A DNA stretch of 64,000 nucleotides from a virus: positions 1 to 64,000 of the IMG/VR virus record IMGVR_UViG_3300034524_000011; one strand, 5' to 3'. A program made the translations under genes and the position numbers. Below, in pieces: positions 36,768 to 46,424 of the stretch. Each line of letters starts with the position of its first letter. The first letter of the stretch is position 1. Under the pieces are notes generated by a model. That model had not been told where the DNA came from and did no database searches. It saw nothing but the letters and a program-made list of their open reading frames with translations.

Positions 36768-37112
36768 TTATTCAGCTGCAGAGCCAGCCAGGACGTTATT
36801 AAAAGCAATTTCCCACTCAAGATATTTAGTAACCGCAAACTTGTACACTTCGCCGGCCTTCGTTTCAATCACAAGGACGTTATTGCTGAAGCCATGCTTC
36901 CCACGAGAGACACCTTTTATATCTTCCAAAGGGATCTCGAATTCATAATCGCCCTGCGTAAGGTTAACCAGGGCCCCGATGGCAATAATCTTTGAGAGTT
37001 TATGTCGGGAATAAATAAACCGACGGTTTGTCAGGATCCCGCGCCCGTTTTGCACGTTAAAAGCGCCTTTTACCCTATTAGCAAGGCCTTCCATGATGAT
37101 TTTTTCCTGCAT
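36768..37112 (-). CDS. PH/GRAM-like domain protein in the lysogeny operon
   Basis: GRGILTNRRFIY...EIPLEDIKGV...LVIETKAGEVYKF pattern. Confidence 0.55.
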   Translation of the reverse strand: MQEKIIMEGLANRVKGAFNVQNGRGILTNRRFIYSRHKLSKIIAIGALVNLTQGDYEFEIPLEDIKGVSRGKHGFSNNVLVIETKAGEVYKFAVTKYLEWEIAFNNVLAGSAAE

Positions 37113-37123
37113 TTCACCACCCC

Positions 37124-37699
37124 CTAAAGATCAGGAAACAATTCCTTCAAATACTCATAGTTTGCAGGAGACAGAGCCCGTGAAGTCAGAACACCCTGGA
37201 GCCAGAGCTCCATCCGGTTCTTGCGGCCACGCTCCGTTTTTAGCTGCGAAGCCTCTTCCCACGCGTGATCATAGGCACGCTTAAGGGCAGCATTAAATAT
37301 CTGATCACGACGAGATCTGATATCCCGCAGCTGCGCTTTAAAATCATTTTGAGCCAGGCCGGCCAAAGCAAGATCAGCGTCCGAGGCCGACGCCAGCTGC
37401 TCCAGGAAATATTCCGCAGCAAAGAAACATGTAATAAACTGCTGAAAAACGAGAGAGGAACTCGCAGCATTAGAGAACTTCACAAAGGCTTCATAAACCC
37501 TTACAAGCCGGTGTTCCAGGAAGGATTCGTCCACCCAGGCAACAGCACACCGGCAACCATCATGTAGCGGAGGCTCCAGGACAGAATGCCCCGCAATTTC
37601 AAAAACCTCATCAATCCTCACGGCCGTGCCTTCCAGTTTAGCACAAAGCGAACAGGTGCAATCGTCGGCCGATGAAGACCACACCTTAAACATACCCAT
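37124..37699 (-). CDS. Protein with an N-terminal MuF-like Cys/His domain
   Basis: KVWSSSADDCTCSLCAKLEG...PPLHDGCRCAV; GGAGG RBS before ATG 37699. Confidence 0.7.
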   Translation of the reverse strand: MGMFKVWSSSADDCTCSLCAKLEGTAVRIDEVFEIAGHSVLEPPLHDGCRCAVAWVDESFLEHRLVRVYEAFVKFSNAASSSLVFQQFITCFFAAEYFLEQLASASDADLALAGLAQNDFKAQLRDIRSRRDQIFNAALKRAYDHAWEEASQLKTERGRKNRMELWLQGVLTSRALSPANYEYLKELFPDL

Positions 37700-37750
37700 G
37701 ACCACCCTCCTCTCAATCCCAGAAGATAAAGTACCGCCGTAATTCGCGCT

Positions 37751-38167
37751 TTAAGCTTTCTCTTTGAAATCAACAACAGGCTCGGAGGACTTGATCTCTT
37801 CGAGCGTTTTCAACATGTCAATATATTCTGCGGCCTTCTCCTTTGCTTCAGGGGAAAGACTTTCAATTTTTTTAATAAGTTCTTTGTCGCCAGACGAAAT
37901 CGCCTCGGCCATCTTCGGCTTTGACTTCGACGTACCACATTTTGAGGATCTGGCTCGACCCATTTCATCGGATAGTCCCAGGATGAAATCGGCGGAGACG
38001 TCATAAAGCTCGATAAGAGCCCTAAGCGTTTCAGGGTCGGGTGTGGTTGCGTTATTCTCGTAGCGAGAAAGGGACTTATTGCTCAAGTTAATCGCCTTGT
38101 AGACATCAAGCTGAGTGAGACCTGCCCGTTCTCGAGCCATACGAAGACGTTCTCCAAAAGTGAGCAT
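37751..38167 (-). CDS. CI-like XRE repressor
   Basis: FGERLRMARERAGLTQ...LSRYEN...YDVSADFILG; divergent from the cro-like gene. Confidence 0.9.
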   Translation of the reverse strand: MLTFGERLRMARERAGLTQLDVYKAINLSNKSLSRYENNATTPDPETLRALIELYDVSADFILGLSDEMGRARSSKCGTSKSKPKMAEAISSGDKELIKKIESLSPEAKEKAAEYIDMLKTLEEIKSSEPVVDFKEKA

Positions 38168-38198
38168 AGAGACACCTCCATTCTAACATTATATAACA

Positions 38199-38300
38199 TT
38201 CGCAGGTTTTGAGAAAAATATTCTCAAAAATTTAGAAATAACTATTGACTTCTCGGAAAACGAGACTTAAAATAGGATTAGAATTCTCAATAATTGAGTA
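38199..38300. promoter_or_regulatory. Genetic switch: four 17-bp operators (TTCTCA-N5-TGAGAA consensus) and rightward promoter
   Basis: Sites at 38199, 38221, 38250, 38284 (another at 38522); TTGACT-17-TAAAAT at 38245-38273. Confidence 0.8.
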
Positions 38301-38320
38301 TACGAAAGGAGGGCACTAAA

Positions 38321-38551
38321 GTGAAGCCAATGCATCAGAGACTCCGAGAATATCGGGAGAGCAAAGGCGTGACCCAAACACACATAGCCAAGAAAACTGG
38401 CAAATCCGTTCAAAGGATAAGCGCGCTGGAAATAGGCGCAATCCGGCTGACGGTCGACGAATTCGAGGAGCTTTGTGTGAATGGCTACGAAGTCAACCCT
38501 GCAATTTTTTTTACGGATCAGTTCTCTAAAAATGAGAACATCAAGCCGTAA
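38321..38551 (+). CDS. Cro-like HTH regulator
   Basis: LREYRESKGVTQTHIAKKTG...ISALEIG; AAGGAGG RBS. Confidence 0.85.
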   Translation: MKPMHQRLREYRESKGVTQTHIAKKTGKSVQRISALEIGAIRLTVDEFEELCVNGYEVNPAIFFTDQFSKNENIKP

Positions 38552-38610
38552 TATCCCCAATATTGAGAATCTTTATGCATCAATTATATTGCAGGGAGGT
38601 GACCAAATAT

Positions 38611-39090
38611 ATGGCCAAAAAGGCTACGAAAGCCGCAGATAACATTTTTTACAAAGCACGAATGGAAGCAGCAGCGTGCAACGACAGATTAAGCAGCCGC
38701 GAAGGAGCAGCTGAACAGCTCGGAATTGACCGTACCAGGCTTGCACGAATAGAACTCGGTAGCCTTAACCCATATCCGGAGGAAGTTCTTTTAATGAGCG
38801 ACGCATACAACGCCCCGGAGCTGAACAACTATTTTTGTTCGAAAATGTGTCCACTCGGAAAAGAGACGATACCGACAGCAGAACTTCTTCACTTGGACAG
38901 GCTCACGATCAGGATCTTGACAGCATTGGGAAATACAGAGTTCATCCAGAGGACTATCCTCGAGATAGTGAAAGACGGGGTTATTTCAGACGATGAGCAA
39001 CCGCGGGTTGAGCAAATACTCACAGCACTTGAAAATGTCTCAAAGGCAGCATTAGAGATGAAGTTGTGGGTAGAGAAAAACTTAAGGTAA
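38611..39090 (+). CDS. HTH regulatory protein (CII-like)
   Basis: SREGAAEQLGIDRTRLARIELG HTH; CPLG motif. Confidence 0.7.
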   Translation: MAKKATKAADNIFYKARMEAAACNDRLSSREGAAEQLGIDRTRLARIELGSLNPYPEEVLLMSDAYNAPELNNYFCSKMCPLGKETIPTAELLHLDRLTIRILTALGNTEFIQRTILEIVKDGVISDDEQPRVEQILTALENVSKAALEMKLWVEKNLR

Positions 39091-39101
39091 AGGGGGTTTT
39101 A

Positions 39102-39293
39102 GTGGTGGCAACCAGCACACAAGAGAAATCGAAGTTTGTAAAAGTAGATGAAGTAGCGGAAATGCTCGAGATTTCAAAAAGCCATGCATATAAAATCATC
39201 CGGCAGCTCAACGAGGAACTGAAGAAACAAGGCAAGATCACAAACGCCGGCAGAGTTTCACGCCGGTACCTGGAGGAAAGGCTCTACTGTTGA
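39102..39293 (+). CDS. Excisionase-like HTH protein
   Basis: VDEVAEMLEISKSHAYKIIRQLNEEL...GRV...Y. Confidence 0.75.
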   Translation: MVATSTQEKSKFVKVDEVAEMLEISKSHAYKIIRQLNEELKKQGKITNAGRVSRRYLEERLYC

Positions 39294-39311
39294 GCTTACG
39301 GAGGACAAGCC

Positions 39312-39995
39312 ATGAAGCATTTCAGGAGAACAACAACCTTGATAATTGCCACGACAATAGTTTTCACAGGCAAAATAATGCTCGACTTGAACGCCGGAGG
39401 CCAGGAGGCACAAACCACATCCAGCGCGGTCGAGCCTGTACATACACAACAGCTCGAACCAGAGCCGACCATAGCAGCGATGATGGTAATCACTCCAAGC
39501 CCGACACCGGAACCGGAAGAGGATCCGGAACCACAGGTCAGATTTTACGACATCCCGCTTTCACGAGAGCTCCAGGAATACACCTTCAGGCTTTGCGAAG
39601 AGAACGGCCTGGATTACGAGATGGTCCTGGCATTGATGGACCAGGAGAGCGACTACCGGGAGAAGGTAATCAGCAAGACCAATGATTACGGCATCATGCA
39701 GATCAACGAGATCAACCACGAATGGCTCAAAGAGGAACTGGGAATAGACGACTTTCTGGAAGCAAAGCAGAACATTCGCGCAGGGATAAGGATCCTGGCA
39801 GAATTGACGGCAAAATACGAAGATCCGCACCTGGTATTGATGGCTTACAACTGCGGAGAGAGTGGAGCCAAAAGGCTCTGGAAACAAGGTAAAACTACGA
39901 GCGAATACAGCCGGTCGATAATGGCCAGAGCTGAAGAATTAAGAAAGGAGGCAGAGCAATGTCAACAGTATGCGGTAAATGCCAACGCCCACTAA
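39312..39995 (+). CDS. Membrane-anchored lytic transglycosylase (SLT domain)
   Basis: N-terminal hydrophobic segment; QES, GIMQIN, AYNCG motifs. Confidence 0.85.
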   Translation: MKHFRRTTTLIIATTIVFTGKIMLDLNAGGQEAQTTSSAVEPVHTQQLEPEPTIAAMMVITPSPTPEPEEDPEPQVRFYDIPLSRELQEYTFRLCEENGLDYEMVLALMDQESDYREKVISKTNDYGIMQINEINHEWLKEELGIDDFLEAKQNIRAGIRILAELTAKYEDPHLVLMAYNCGESGAKRLWKQGKTTSEYSRSIMARAEELRKEAEQCQQYAVNANAH

Positions 39996-40108
39996 AAGAC
40001 CCGAAGAGCATAGAGCGCGGGTACGGGCCGGACTGCTGGAGAGAGATCAAAGCCAAGAGGGCCGAAGAGGAAGAGGCCAAAGAAAACGAAGAGGAGGCAG
40101 AGAAATGA
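39959..40108 (+). CDS. Small zinc-finger protein (DUF6011-like)
   Basis: CGKCQRPLKDPKSIERGYGPDC (read manually). Confidence 0.7.
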   Translation: MSTVCGKCQRPLKDPKSIERGYGPDCWREIKAKRAEEEEAKENEEEAEK

Positions 40109-40395
40109 GGTCAGATTTCACCTACCACACCAGGGAAGTTAATGGGACAAGCGTCCTGGTAATCATCGATTTAGACCGAGGCGGGATGAGCGTCACCAAC
40201 AACGTAGAGGCAGTAGTTAAAAGCATAGCAGCAGAGCTCGGAGAGGACATCTACAAAAGGCCCATCATCTACAAGGACAGCATGGGGATTTATGACGGCA
40301 TAGACGGCACCAACCTGGCGAGCCCCTTCTACCACATAGGCGAGACGGACGAGGCCAGGGTAGCGGCAAAAGCAGCGGAAAGGACAAGGAGGTAG
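40105..40395 (+). CDS. Hypothetical protein
   Basis: ATGA coupling; MSVTNNVEAV. Confidence 0.6.
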   Translation: MRSDFTYHTREVNGTSVLVIIDLDRGGMSVTNNVEAVVKSIAAELGEDIYKRPIIYKDSMGIYDGIDGTNLASPFYHIGETDEARVAAKAAERTRR

Positions 40396-40397
40396 AC

Positions 40398-40535
40398 ATG
40401 AGTTATTTCTGGACTTGTGAGGTCTGCGGCGCCAGCCTGGATCCAGGCGAAAAGTGCGACTGCAGCAAAGAACAACAGAAAACGCCAGAACCGGCGGAAG
40501 CAAAGGGGGAAGAGGAATGCAAGAAAACAGCTTAA
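40398..40535 (+). CDS. Small Cys-rich protein
   Basis: CEVCGASLDPGEKCDC (read manually). Confidence 0.6.
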   Translation: MSYFWTCEVCGASLDPGEKCDCSKEQQKTPEPAEAKGEEECKKTA

Positions 40536-40774
40536 AAACCAACATCATCAAGCTGCGCTTCATCAGAAACGGCCAGCCACAGGGAAGGGAATACACCTAC
40601 TACACACCGGTAGAGGTCGCGGTAGGAGACATAGTAGAGATTGAAGCCAGGGAAGGCATAGCCAAGGGAATAGTAACCCAGGTAAACGTACCGGAGGAAG
40701 AAATAGCGCCTTTCAAGGACAGAGCAAAGTCCATCATCGGAAAGGCCCAGGTCGAGGAGGTCGCAGCGCAATGA
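40517..40774 (+). CDS. Hypothetical protein
   Basis: REYTY....VAVGDIV motif; RBS. Confidence 0.6.
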   Translation: MQENSLKTNIIKLRFIRNGQPQGREYTYYTPVEVAVGDIVEIEAREGIAKGIVTQVNVPEEEIAPFKDRAKSIIGKAQVEEVAAQ

Positions 40775-41070
40775 ACAACAGGATAAAGAAAAAGCCCCTT
40801 CGGTTAGGAAGGAGCATAAGAGCAGGAATCAAGATAGGAGTTCTCATTTTGACGGCCATGAGCACCGTCGAAATCGCCAAGATGGCCTGGGAGACATACC
40901 AGAGCAGGACCGGAGCTCCAGGCGGTGAGATTTTGGTATTGCCGATGATGATCCTGCTTTTTTATACAGGATGGACAGCAAGAGGAGAATGGATAGATTT
41001 CAAAAGAGCCTTTAGAGAAGCGGAAAGGAGAGAATACCATGCAAGCGACAATCCAGCTTATAAGGGATGA
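40771..41070 (+). CDS. Membrane protein
   Basis: Two hydrophobic segments around PGGE. Confidence 0.55.
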   Translation: MNNRIKKKPLRLGRSIRAGIKIGVLILTAMSTVEIAKMAWETYQSRTGAPGGEILVLPMMILLFYTGWTARGEWIDFKRAFREAERREYHASDNPAYKG

Positions 41071-41446
41071 AGCAGCCTTATTCCTTGGGAGAAGACCAAC
41101 AGATGAAGAAATGAAGTGGGCGCTTCCCAGGGCCAAGAAGAAACTCACCTGGATCATCGAGAGAGAAGGAGACGCTGACGGCATAAGACGGCAACCCTGG
41201 TACCTTGGAAAGCTGGTAGAAGAGGTAATCGTGGAAGAGGAATTCTCACAGTATACCCTTGCAAGATGCATGGAGATTGAAGCGCAGAGACAGGCTGCAG
41301 CTTCCGGGGAAAAAGAAAAAGGCCATCCTTTAACGGACGACCCAACCACGCTCCCATTATATCCCAGGGAGATGCAGTTTGTCAATCCAACCCAAAACTA
41401 TGAAACGAGGAGGATGACAAATGAAGCTGTTAACATTGAAACTTGA
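41039..41446 (+). CDS. Hypothetical protein
   Basis: ORF with RBS. Confidence 0.5.
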   Translation: MQATIQLIRDEAALFLGRRPTDEEMKWALPRAKKKLTWIIEREGDADGIRRQPWYLGKLVEEVIVEEEFSQYTLARCMEIEAQRQAAASGEKEKGHPLTDDPTTLPLYPREMQFVNPTQNYETRRMTNEAVNIET

Positions 41447-43397
41447 GAATTTTCAGGGACTGAAAGCAGAGGAATTCAATTTCAACGGCCACAGTGCCAG
41501 CATTTACGGAGACAACGCCACAGGAAAGACGACAGTATTCAACGCTATAACCTGGCTACTTTTTGGAAAGGCCAGCACAGGAGCAAAGAACTTCACACCA
41601 AAGACCAAAGGTCCTGACGGAGACCTTCACTACCTGGACCACGCAGCAGAGGCAACATTCAAGCTGCAGGATGGCCGGGTAATAACCCTCCGCAAGGTTT
41701 TCCACGAGGTCTACAAGAAAAAACGCGGATCGGCCACAGAAGAGTTTGACGGCCATACCATAGACTTTTATATCGACGGCGTGCCAACCAAGGAGAAGGA
41801 ATACGAAGCAACCATGCTTTCACTTTGCGGCGGCAGCGTCGAGAAAATGAAGATGCTGACCATGCCGAACTACTTCCCGGAAGAGATGAGCTGGGACGCC
41901 AGGAGAAAGATCCTGCTGGAGATTTGCGGGGACGTTTCAGACGAGGACGTAATCAACAGCACATCGGAGCTCAAAGACCTTCCAAAATTCCTTCTGAAGC
42001 CAGGAACCACTAATCAATACTACGATGTGGACGAATACAAGAAGATAGCCAGCGCCAAAAAGTCCGAAATCAATAAACAGCTTCAGGAGATACCCGGCCG
42101 CATCGATGAGGCCCGGAGAGCAATACCTGACATCACCGGCCTTGACCCGAAAGCCATAGACCAGAAGATCCAGGAGCTCAATAAACAGAAGAGTGAACTC
42201 GAAATGGAAAAGGCTCAGGCCTTAAGCGGAGACCTTACAACAATGGCCATCAGAAAACAAATATCCGAGGCCAATACCAGGCTTGCAGAAGCCAGGGCAG
42301 CATACGCTGCTAAAACAAGTAGCCTGAACGAAGGAACATACGCAGCAATAAACAGCCTGAAAAGAGATCAGATAACAGTAACAAACCGTATCCAGGACGC
42401 AAAAGCAGACCTGGAGAGAACCCAAAGGACCATAGAAAGGCTCAAGAGCCACAGGGAGAGCTTAATCAACGATTACATGGCCATACAGAAGGAGACCTGG
42501 GACGAAAGCAAGGAAACCTGCCCGACCTGCCACAGGCCACTTCCGGAAGAGGAAATCCAGAAGCTCCGCGAGGCATTCAACCTGCAGAAGAGCAGACGCC
42601 TGGAGCAGATAAACCTTCAGGGCCAGCGCGAATGCAGCAAGGAGATGATCACCGAGCTGGAGGAAAAGGCCAACACATTAAGAGAGCAGATCAAGAAGGA
42701 TGAGCAGCTTATAGAAGACTACGAACTGCAGCTCAAGGCTTTGCAGAGCCAGCTCAAGACGCCGGCGCCTTTCGAGAGCACCGAAGAATACGCCCAGATA
42801 ATGGCCGAGATTGCCAAACTTCGCGAAGAGGAAAACAACAAGAGCGGCCAAATGGAAGCAATAGCAGCCAAATACACAGAGCAGATCCAGGCCCTGAACG
42901 AACAGATCAGAGAGCAGGAACAGCTCAAGACCAAGATATTCATAGCAGAGAGCCAGAAGGAGAGAATCGCAGAGCTGGCCGCCAAGGAAAAGGAGCTTTC
43001 AAAGCAGTACGAGGAGCTGGAGAGAGGCATCTACCTCTGCGAAGTGTTCACAAAGACCAAGGTAAGCCTCCTGGACGACAAGATAAACAGCAAGTTCAAG
43101 AGTGTACGCTTCAGACTTTTTCAGGAGCAGCTTAACGGCGGGATCAAGGACGACTGCGAAGTCATGATACCTACCGAAGACGGCAGGATGGTACCTTTCA
43201 CCTTTGCAAACAATGCGGCCAGAATAAACGCCGGCCTGGAGATCATCGACACCTTGTCGAAGCACTGGAACCTGGCAATGCCGGTATTCATAGACAACGC
43301 CGAGAGCGTGACCAGGCTCCTGAAGATGGACACCCAGGTAATACGCCTGGTAGTTTCAGAGCCGGACAAGAAGCTCCGACTGGAGGTGGACGCATGA
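41421..43397 (+). CDS. SMC/Rad50-like coiled-coil ATPase
   Basis: GDNATGKTT, CPTC zinc hook, VFIDNAESV. Confidence 0.88.
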   Translation: MKLLTLKLENFQGLKAEEFNFNGHSASIYGDNATGKTTVFNAITWLLFGKASTGAKNFTPKTKGPDGDLHYLDHAAEATFKLQDGRVITLRKVFHEVYKKKRGSATEEFDGHTIDFYIDGVPTKEKEYEATMLSLCGGSVEKMKMLTMPNYFPEEMSWDARRKILLEICGDVSDEDVINSTSELKDLPKFLLKPGTTNQYYDVDEYKKIASAKKSEINKQLQEIPGRIDEARRAIPDITGLDPKAIDQKIQELNKQKSELEMEKAQALSGDLTTMAIRKQISEANTRLAEARAAYAAKTSSLNEGTYAAINSLKRDQITVTNRIQDAKADLERTQRTIERLKSHRESLINDYMAIQKETWDESKETCPTCHRPLPEEEIQKLREAFNLQKSRRLEQINLQGQRECSKEMITELEEKANTLREQIKKDEQLIEDYELQLKALQSQLKTPAPFESTEEYAQIMAEIAKLREEENNKSGQMEAIAAKYTEQIQALNEQIREQEQLKTKIFIAESQKERIAELAAKEKELSKQYEELERGIYLCEVFTKTKVSLLDDKINSKFKSVRFRLFQEQLNGGIKDDCEVMIPTEDGRMVPFTFANNAARINAGLEIIDTLSKHWNLAMPVFIDNAESVTRLLKMDTQVIRLVVSEPDKKLRLEVDA

Positions 43398-43660
43398 AAA
43401 AGATAACCACGGCCACAGGATACATCGCATACGAGGCCACAAAGGAAGAAATTCAGCTTTTAGGTGGATACGGAATATGCGATGAGTGTGGAGAGGACAC
43501 AGAAAAAGGCTACCTGGTACCGGTTTTGAACCACTACCAGTGCCCGGAATGCTTCGAATCCTGGAGCAAAACAGCCAGGTATTACCCGGAAGACATCCCG
43601 ATTCAAGACAGAAGAGCAGCCTACTATGAGCGCATGATACCGCTCACAAATCAAAATTAA
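43394..43660 (+). CDS. Zinc-finger hypothetical protein
   Basis: CDEC...CPEC. Confidence 0.6.
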   Translation: MKKITTATGYIAYEATKEEIQLLGGYGICDECGEDTEKGYLVPVLNHYQCPECFESWSKTARYYPEDIPIQDRRAAYYERMIPLTNQN

Positions 43661-43680
43661 GGAGTTAAGGAGGAATTCAC

Positions 43681-44826
43681 ATGTCTACAACCACAAGCGC
43701 AAAGAATCAGAAACCTGCAGTTCAGAACCAGAACCAAGCCACAAATCAGAACCATGGAGCTCTGCAGCCTGCAGAGAACCAGCAGCTCACAATGAGCGAG
43801 CGCTTCACGAACCTGGTGCTCCGCGAATTTGGCAGCAACGTAGCCGGAGCGCTTCAGGTGTCAGAGTACCAGAAGAGACTGATCCAGGGATACTTCATAG
43901 CAATTGACAGGGCCTTAAAGATGGCCGAGGAGACCAGGATCCGCAAGAACGAGGCCAACAAGGACCACAAATACGATAACAACCTGCCAGTAACATGGAA
44001 TAACGTCAACCTTAATGACCTGGCCCTCGATGTAGTGCACTACGCCAAGATGGGCCTGGACATGATGATGGATAATCACCTTTTCCCAATCCCCTACAAG
44101 AACAATAAGACTAACAAATACGACGTCACCCTCATGCCTGGATATAACGGGATCCAGTACATCGCCGAGAAATACGCGGTAGAAAAGCCCAAGGCAGTAA
44201 CCATCGAGCTTGTTTATAGCACCGACACCTTCAAACCAATCAAGAAGAGCAAGGACAACCAGGTGGAGAGTTACATCTTTGAGATCAATAACCCCTTTGA
44301 CAGAGGCGAAATCGTCGGCGGCTTCGGATACATCGAATACGAGGACCCGGTCAAAAACAAGCTGATAATCATGACCAGGAAGGACATCGAGAAGCGCAAA
44401 CCGGCATACGCAGCAGCGGAATTCTGGGGAGGAACCACCAAGGTATGGGAAAACGGCAAACAGGTAGAGAAGGAGACTGATGGCTGGTTTGAAGAGATGT
44501 GCCTGAAGACCATTAAGCGCGAAGTATATAGTGCAAAACACATCCCAAGAGACCCACAGAAGATCGACGAGAACTACCAGTACATGAAGATGCGTGAGGC
44601 CAGATATGCGGAGCTTGAGGCCCAGGCGGAAATTGACGGATATGCCAACGCCATAGTCATAGACACCACACCAACCACACCAGAGGAACCAAAACAGCTA
44701 CAAAGTCCACAGGCTGACCCGGAGACAGGAGAGGTTATAGAGCAGCCATCAGCACAGCCAACACAGAAGGCCGGCATAGAAGAACCGGCCAGACAGCAAA
44801 CCATCTTTGAAGGGCCGAACTTCTAA
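43681..44826 (+). CDS. RecT-like single-strand annealing recombinase
   Basis: GLD..FPIPY..MPGYNG, WFEEMCLKTIKR; lies between SMC ATPase and MBL nuclease. Confidence 0.8.
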   Translation: MSTTTSAKNQKPAVQNQNQATNQNHGALQPAENQQLTMSERFTNLVLREFGSNVAGALQVSEYQKRLIQGYFIAIDRALKMAEETRIRKNEANKDHKYDNNLPVTWNNVNLNDLALDVVHYAKMGLDMMMDNHLFPIPYKNNKTNKYDVTLMPGYNGIQYIAEKYAVEKPKAVTIELVYSTDTFKPIKKSKDNQVESYIFEINNPFDRGEIVGGFGYIEYEDPVKNKLIIMTRKDIEKRKPAYAAAEFWGGTTKVWENGKQVEKETDGWFEEMCLKTIKREVYSAKHIPRDPQKIDENYQYMKMREARYAELEAQAEIDGYANAIVIDTTPTTPEEPKQLQSPQADPETGEVIEQPSAQPTQKAGIEEPARQQTIFEGPNF

Positions 44827-45527
44827 TGGATATCAAGATTTTAGCCTCCAGCAGCGCTGGGAACGCCTATCGCATAAGCGACGGCCGAACCAGCCTGCTG
44901 CTGGATGCCGGCATACCAATCAAGGCAATACAGGTCGGATGTGGCTTCAAGGTGACGCAAATGGATGGCTGCTTTGTGTCACACAGCCACAAGGACCACA
45001 GTAAGGCCGCCAGGGACCTTGCAAAGCTCGGCGTGGACATTTACACCAGCAAGGGGACAATCGAAGCGTGTGGCCTTTCAGGGCACCGAATACACGCGAT
45101 AAAAGCCCTTCAGGAGCTGACGGTAGGAACCTTTAAGGTTTTACCTTTCGATGTGCAGCACGACGCGCCAGAGCCGCTGGGATTTCTTTTTACATCGACC
45201 TTTTCAGGAGAAAAGCTCCTATACTTCACGGACACGTACTACATAAAGTACAAGTTCCAGGGATTGACCCATATCATGGCGGAGTGTAACTACGACACAG
45301 AGACCCTTCAGAGAAGCGTAGAAGCCGGATATATACCAATAGAGCTGGTACCAAGGCTGGTAAAAAGCCACATGAGCCTTGAACACTTCCTGGACCTGCT
45401 AAAAGCCAACGATTTAAGCAAGGTAAAGCAGATATACCTTCTGCACTTAAGCAACAACAACAGCGACGAGAAGCGGTTCAAGGAGGCAGTTCAGAAACTC
45501 ACCGGTGCCGAAGTGTACGTTTGCTAA
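44826..45527 (+). CDS. MBL-fold metallohydrolase/nuclease
   Basis: SSSAGN, SHSHKDH, HDA, LLHLS. Confidence 0.9.
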   Translation: MDIKILASSSAGNAYRISDGRTSLLLDAGIPIKAIQVGCGFKVTQMDGCFVSHSHKDHSKAARDLAKLGVDIYTSKGTIEACGLSGHRIHAIKALQELTVGTFKVLPFDVQHDAPEPLGFLFTSTFSGEKLLYFTDTYYIKYKFQGLTHIMAECNYDTETLQRSVEAGYIPIELVPRLVKSHMSLEHFLDLLKANDLSKVKQIYLLHLSNNNSDEKRFKEAVQKLTGAEVYVC

Positions 45528-45554
45528 GTGAGGCCAAGGGGGTGACTTACACAA

Positions 45555-46424
45555 ATGGCAAGGACGAGAAGCATTAAACCTGGATTTTTTGATAACGAGA
45601 TACTCGGAGACCTCCCGCCATTAACCAGGCTTTTATTCATAGGCTTATGGACCATAGCAGACAGGGAAGGGAGGCTTGAAGATAAACCAAGACGGATCAA
45701 AAAGATGTTACTGGGATACGACGACGTGGACGCAGACGGAGTGGACAAAATGCTCCAATCCTTACACGATACAGGCTTTATTTTCAGGTACACAGTAGAC
45801 GGTAACAAATACATTCAAGTGGTTAATTTCCTGAAGCATCAAAACCCACACGTCAGGGAAAAACCGAGCGAAATACCGCCTCCACCGGACTTTATAGCAG
45901 AGCATCATGAAAGCCCGATACAAGCACCAGACTTGCACAGTGCTGGCACAGTACAAGCCACGCCTATTACCGTTAACCTATCACCTTCTACTGGTACCCT
46001 ATCACCCACTACCGATAACCCGCCAGAAGGCGAGGACGATGTGGACGGGCCTGATGAACAGCCAAAAAAATCCTTGTTAGAGCGACGATTTGACGAGTTC
46101 TGGGCAGCTTACCCCAAGAAGGTAGGCAAGAAGGCAGCTTGGGCGGCCTGGAAAAAGGTCAAACCGGATGCAGAACTGTTTGACAAGATCATGACGGCCA
46201 TAGGCAAGGCCAGAGTAACCGAACAGTGGACAAGAGAAAACGGCAGATTTATTCCGAACCCAACAACCTGGCTCAACCAGGGACGATGGGATGATGAATA
46301 CGAGGAGGGACCGATAAATGGAGTCAATAGCAAGTATTCTGACGGGTATCACCAGCAACCAGCGGCCAGCCCGCCGGGAAGCGAAGGTAAGAGAGATGCG
46401 CTTGCAGGCTTCAAACGAGCATGA
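45555..46424 (+). CDS. Phage replication initiator (replisome organiser)
   Basis: MARTRSIKPGFF N-terminus; FDEFWAAYPKKVGK...PTTWLNQGRWDDE C-terminus; internal repeats. Confidence 0.88.
   Translation: MARTRSIKPGFFDNEILGDLPPLTRLLFIGLWTIADREGRLEDKPRRIKKMLLGYDDVDADGVDKMLQSLHDTGFIFRYTVDGNKYIQVVNFLKHQNPHVREKPSEIPPPPDFIAEHHESPIQAPDLHSAGTVQATPITVNLSPSTGTLSPTTDNPPEGEDDVDGPDEQPKKSLLERRFDEFWAAYPKKVGKKAAWAAWKKVKPDAELFDKIMTAIGKARVTEQWTRENGRFIPNPTTWLNQGRWDDEYEEGPINGVNSKYSDGYHQQPAASPPGSEGKRDALAGFKRA
45900..46020. repeat. Probable replication origin: 11-bp iterons plus 7-bp repeats inside the initiator gene
   Basis: AAGCCCGATAC AAGCACCAGAC TTGCACAGTGC TGGCACAGTAC, then CTATTAC CGTTAAC CTATCAC CTTCTAC... 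Confidence 0.65.
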
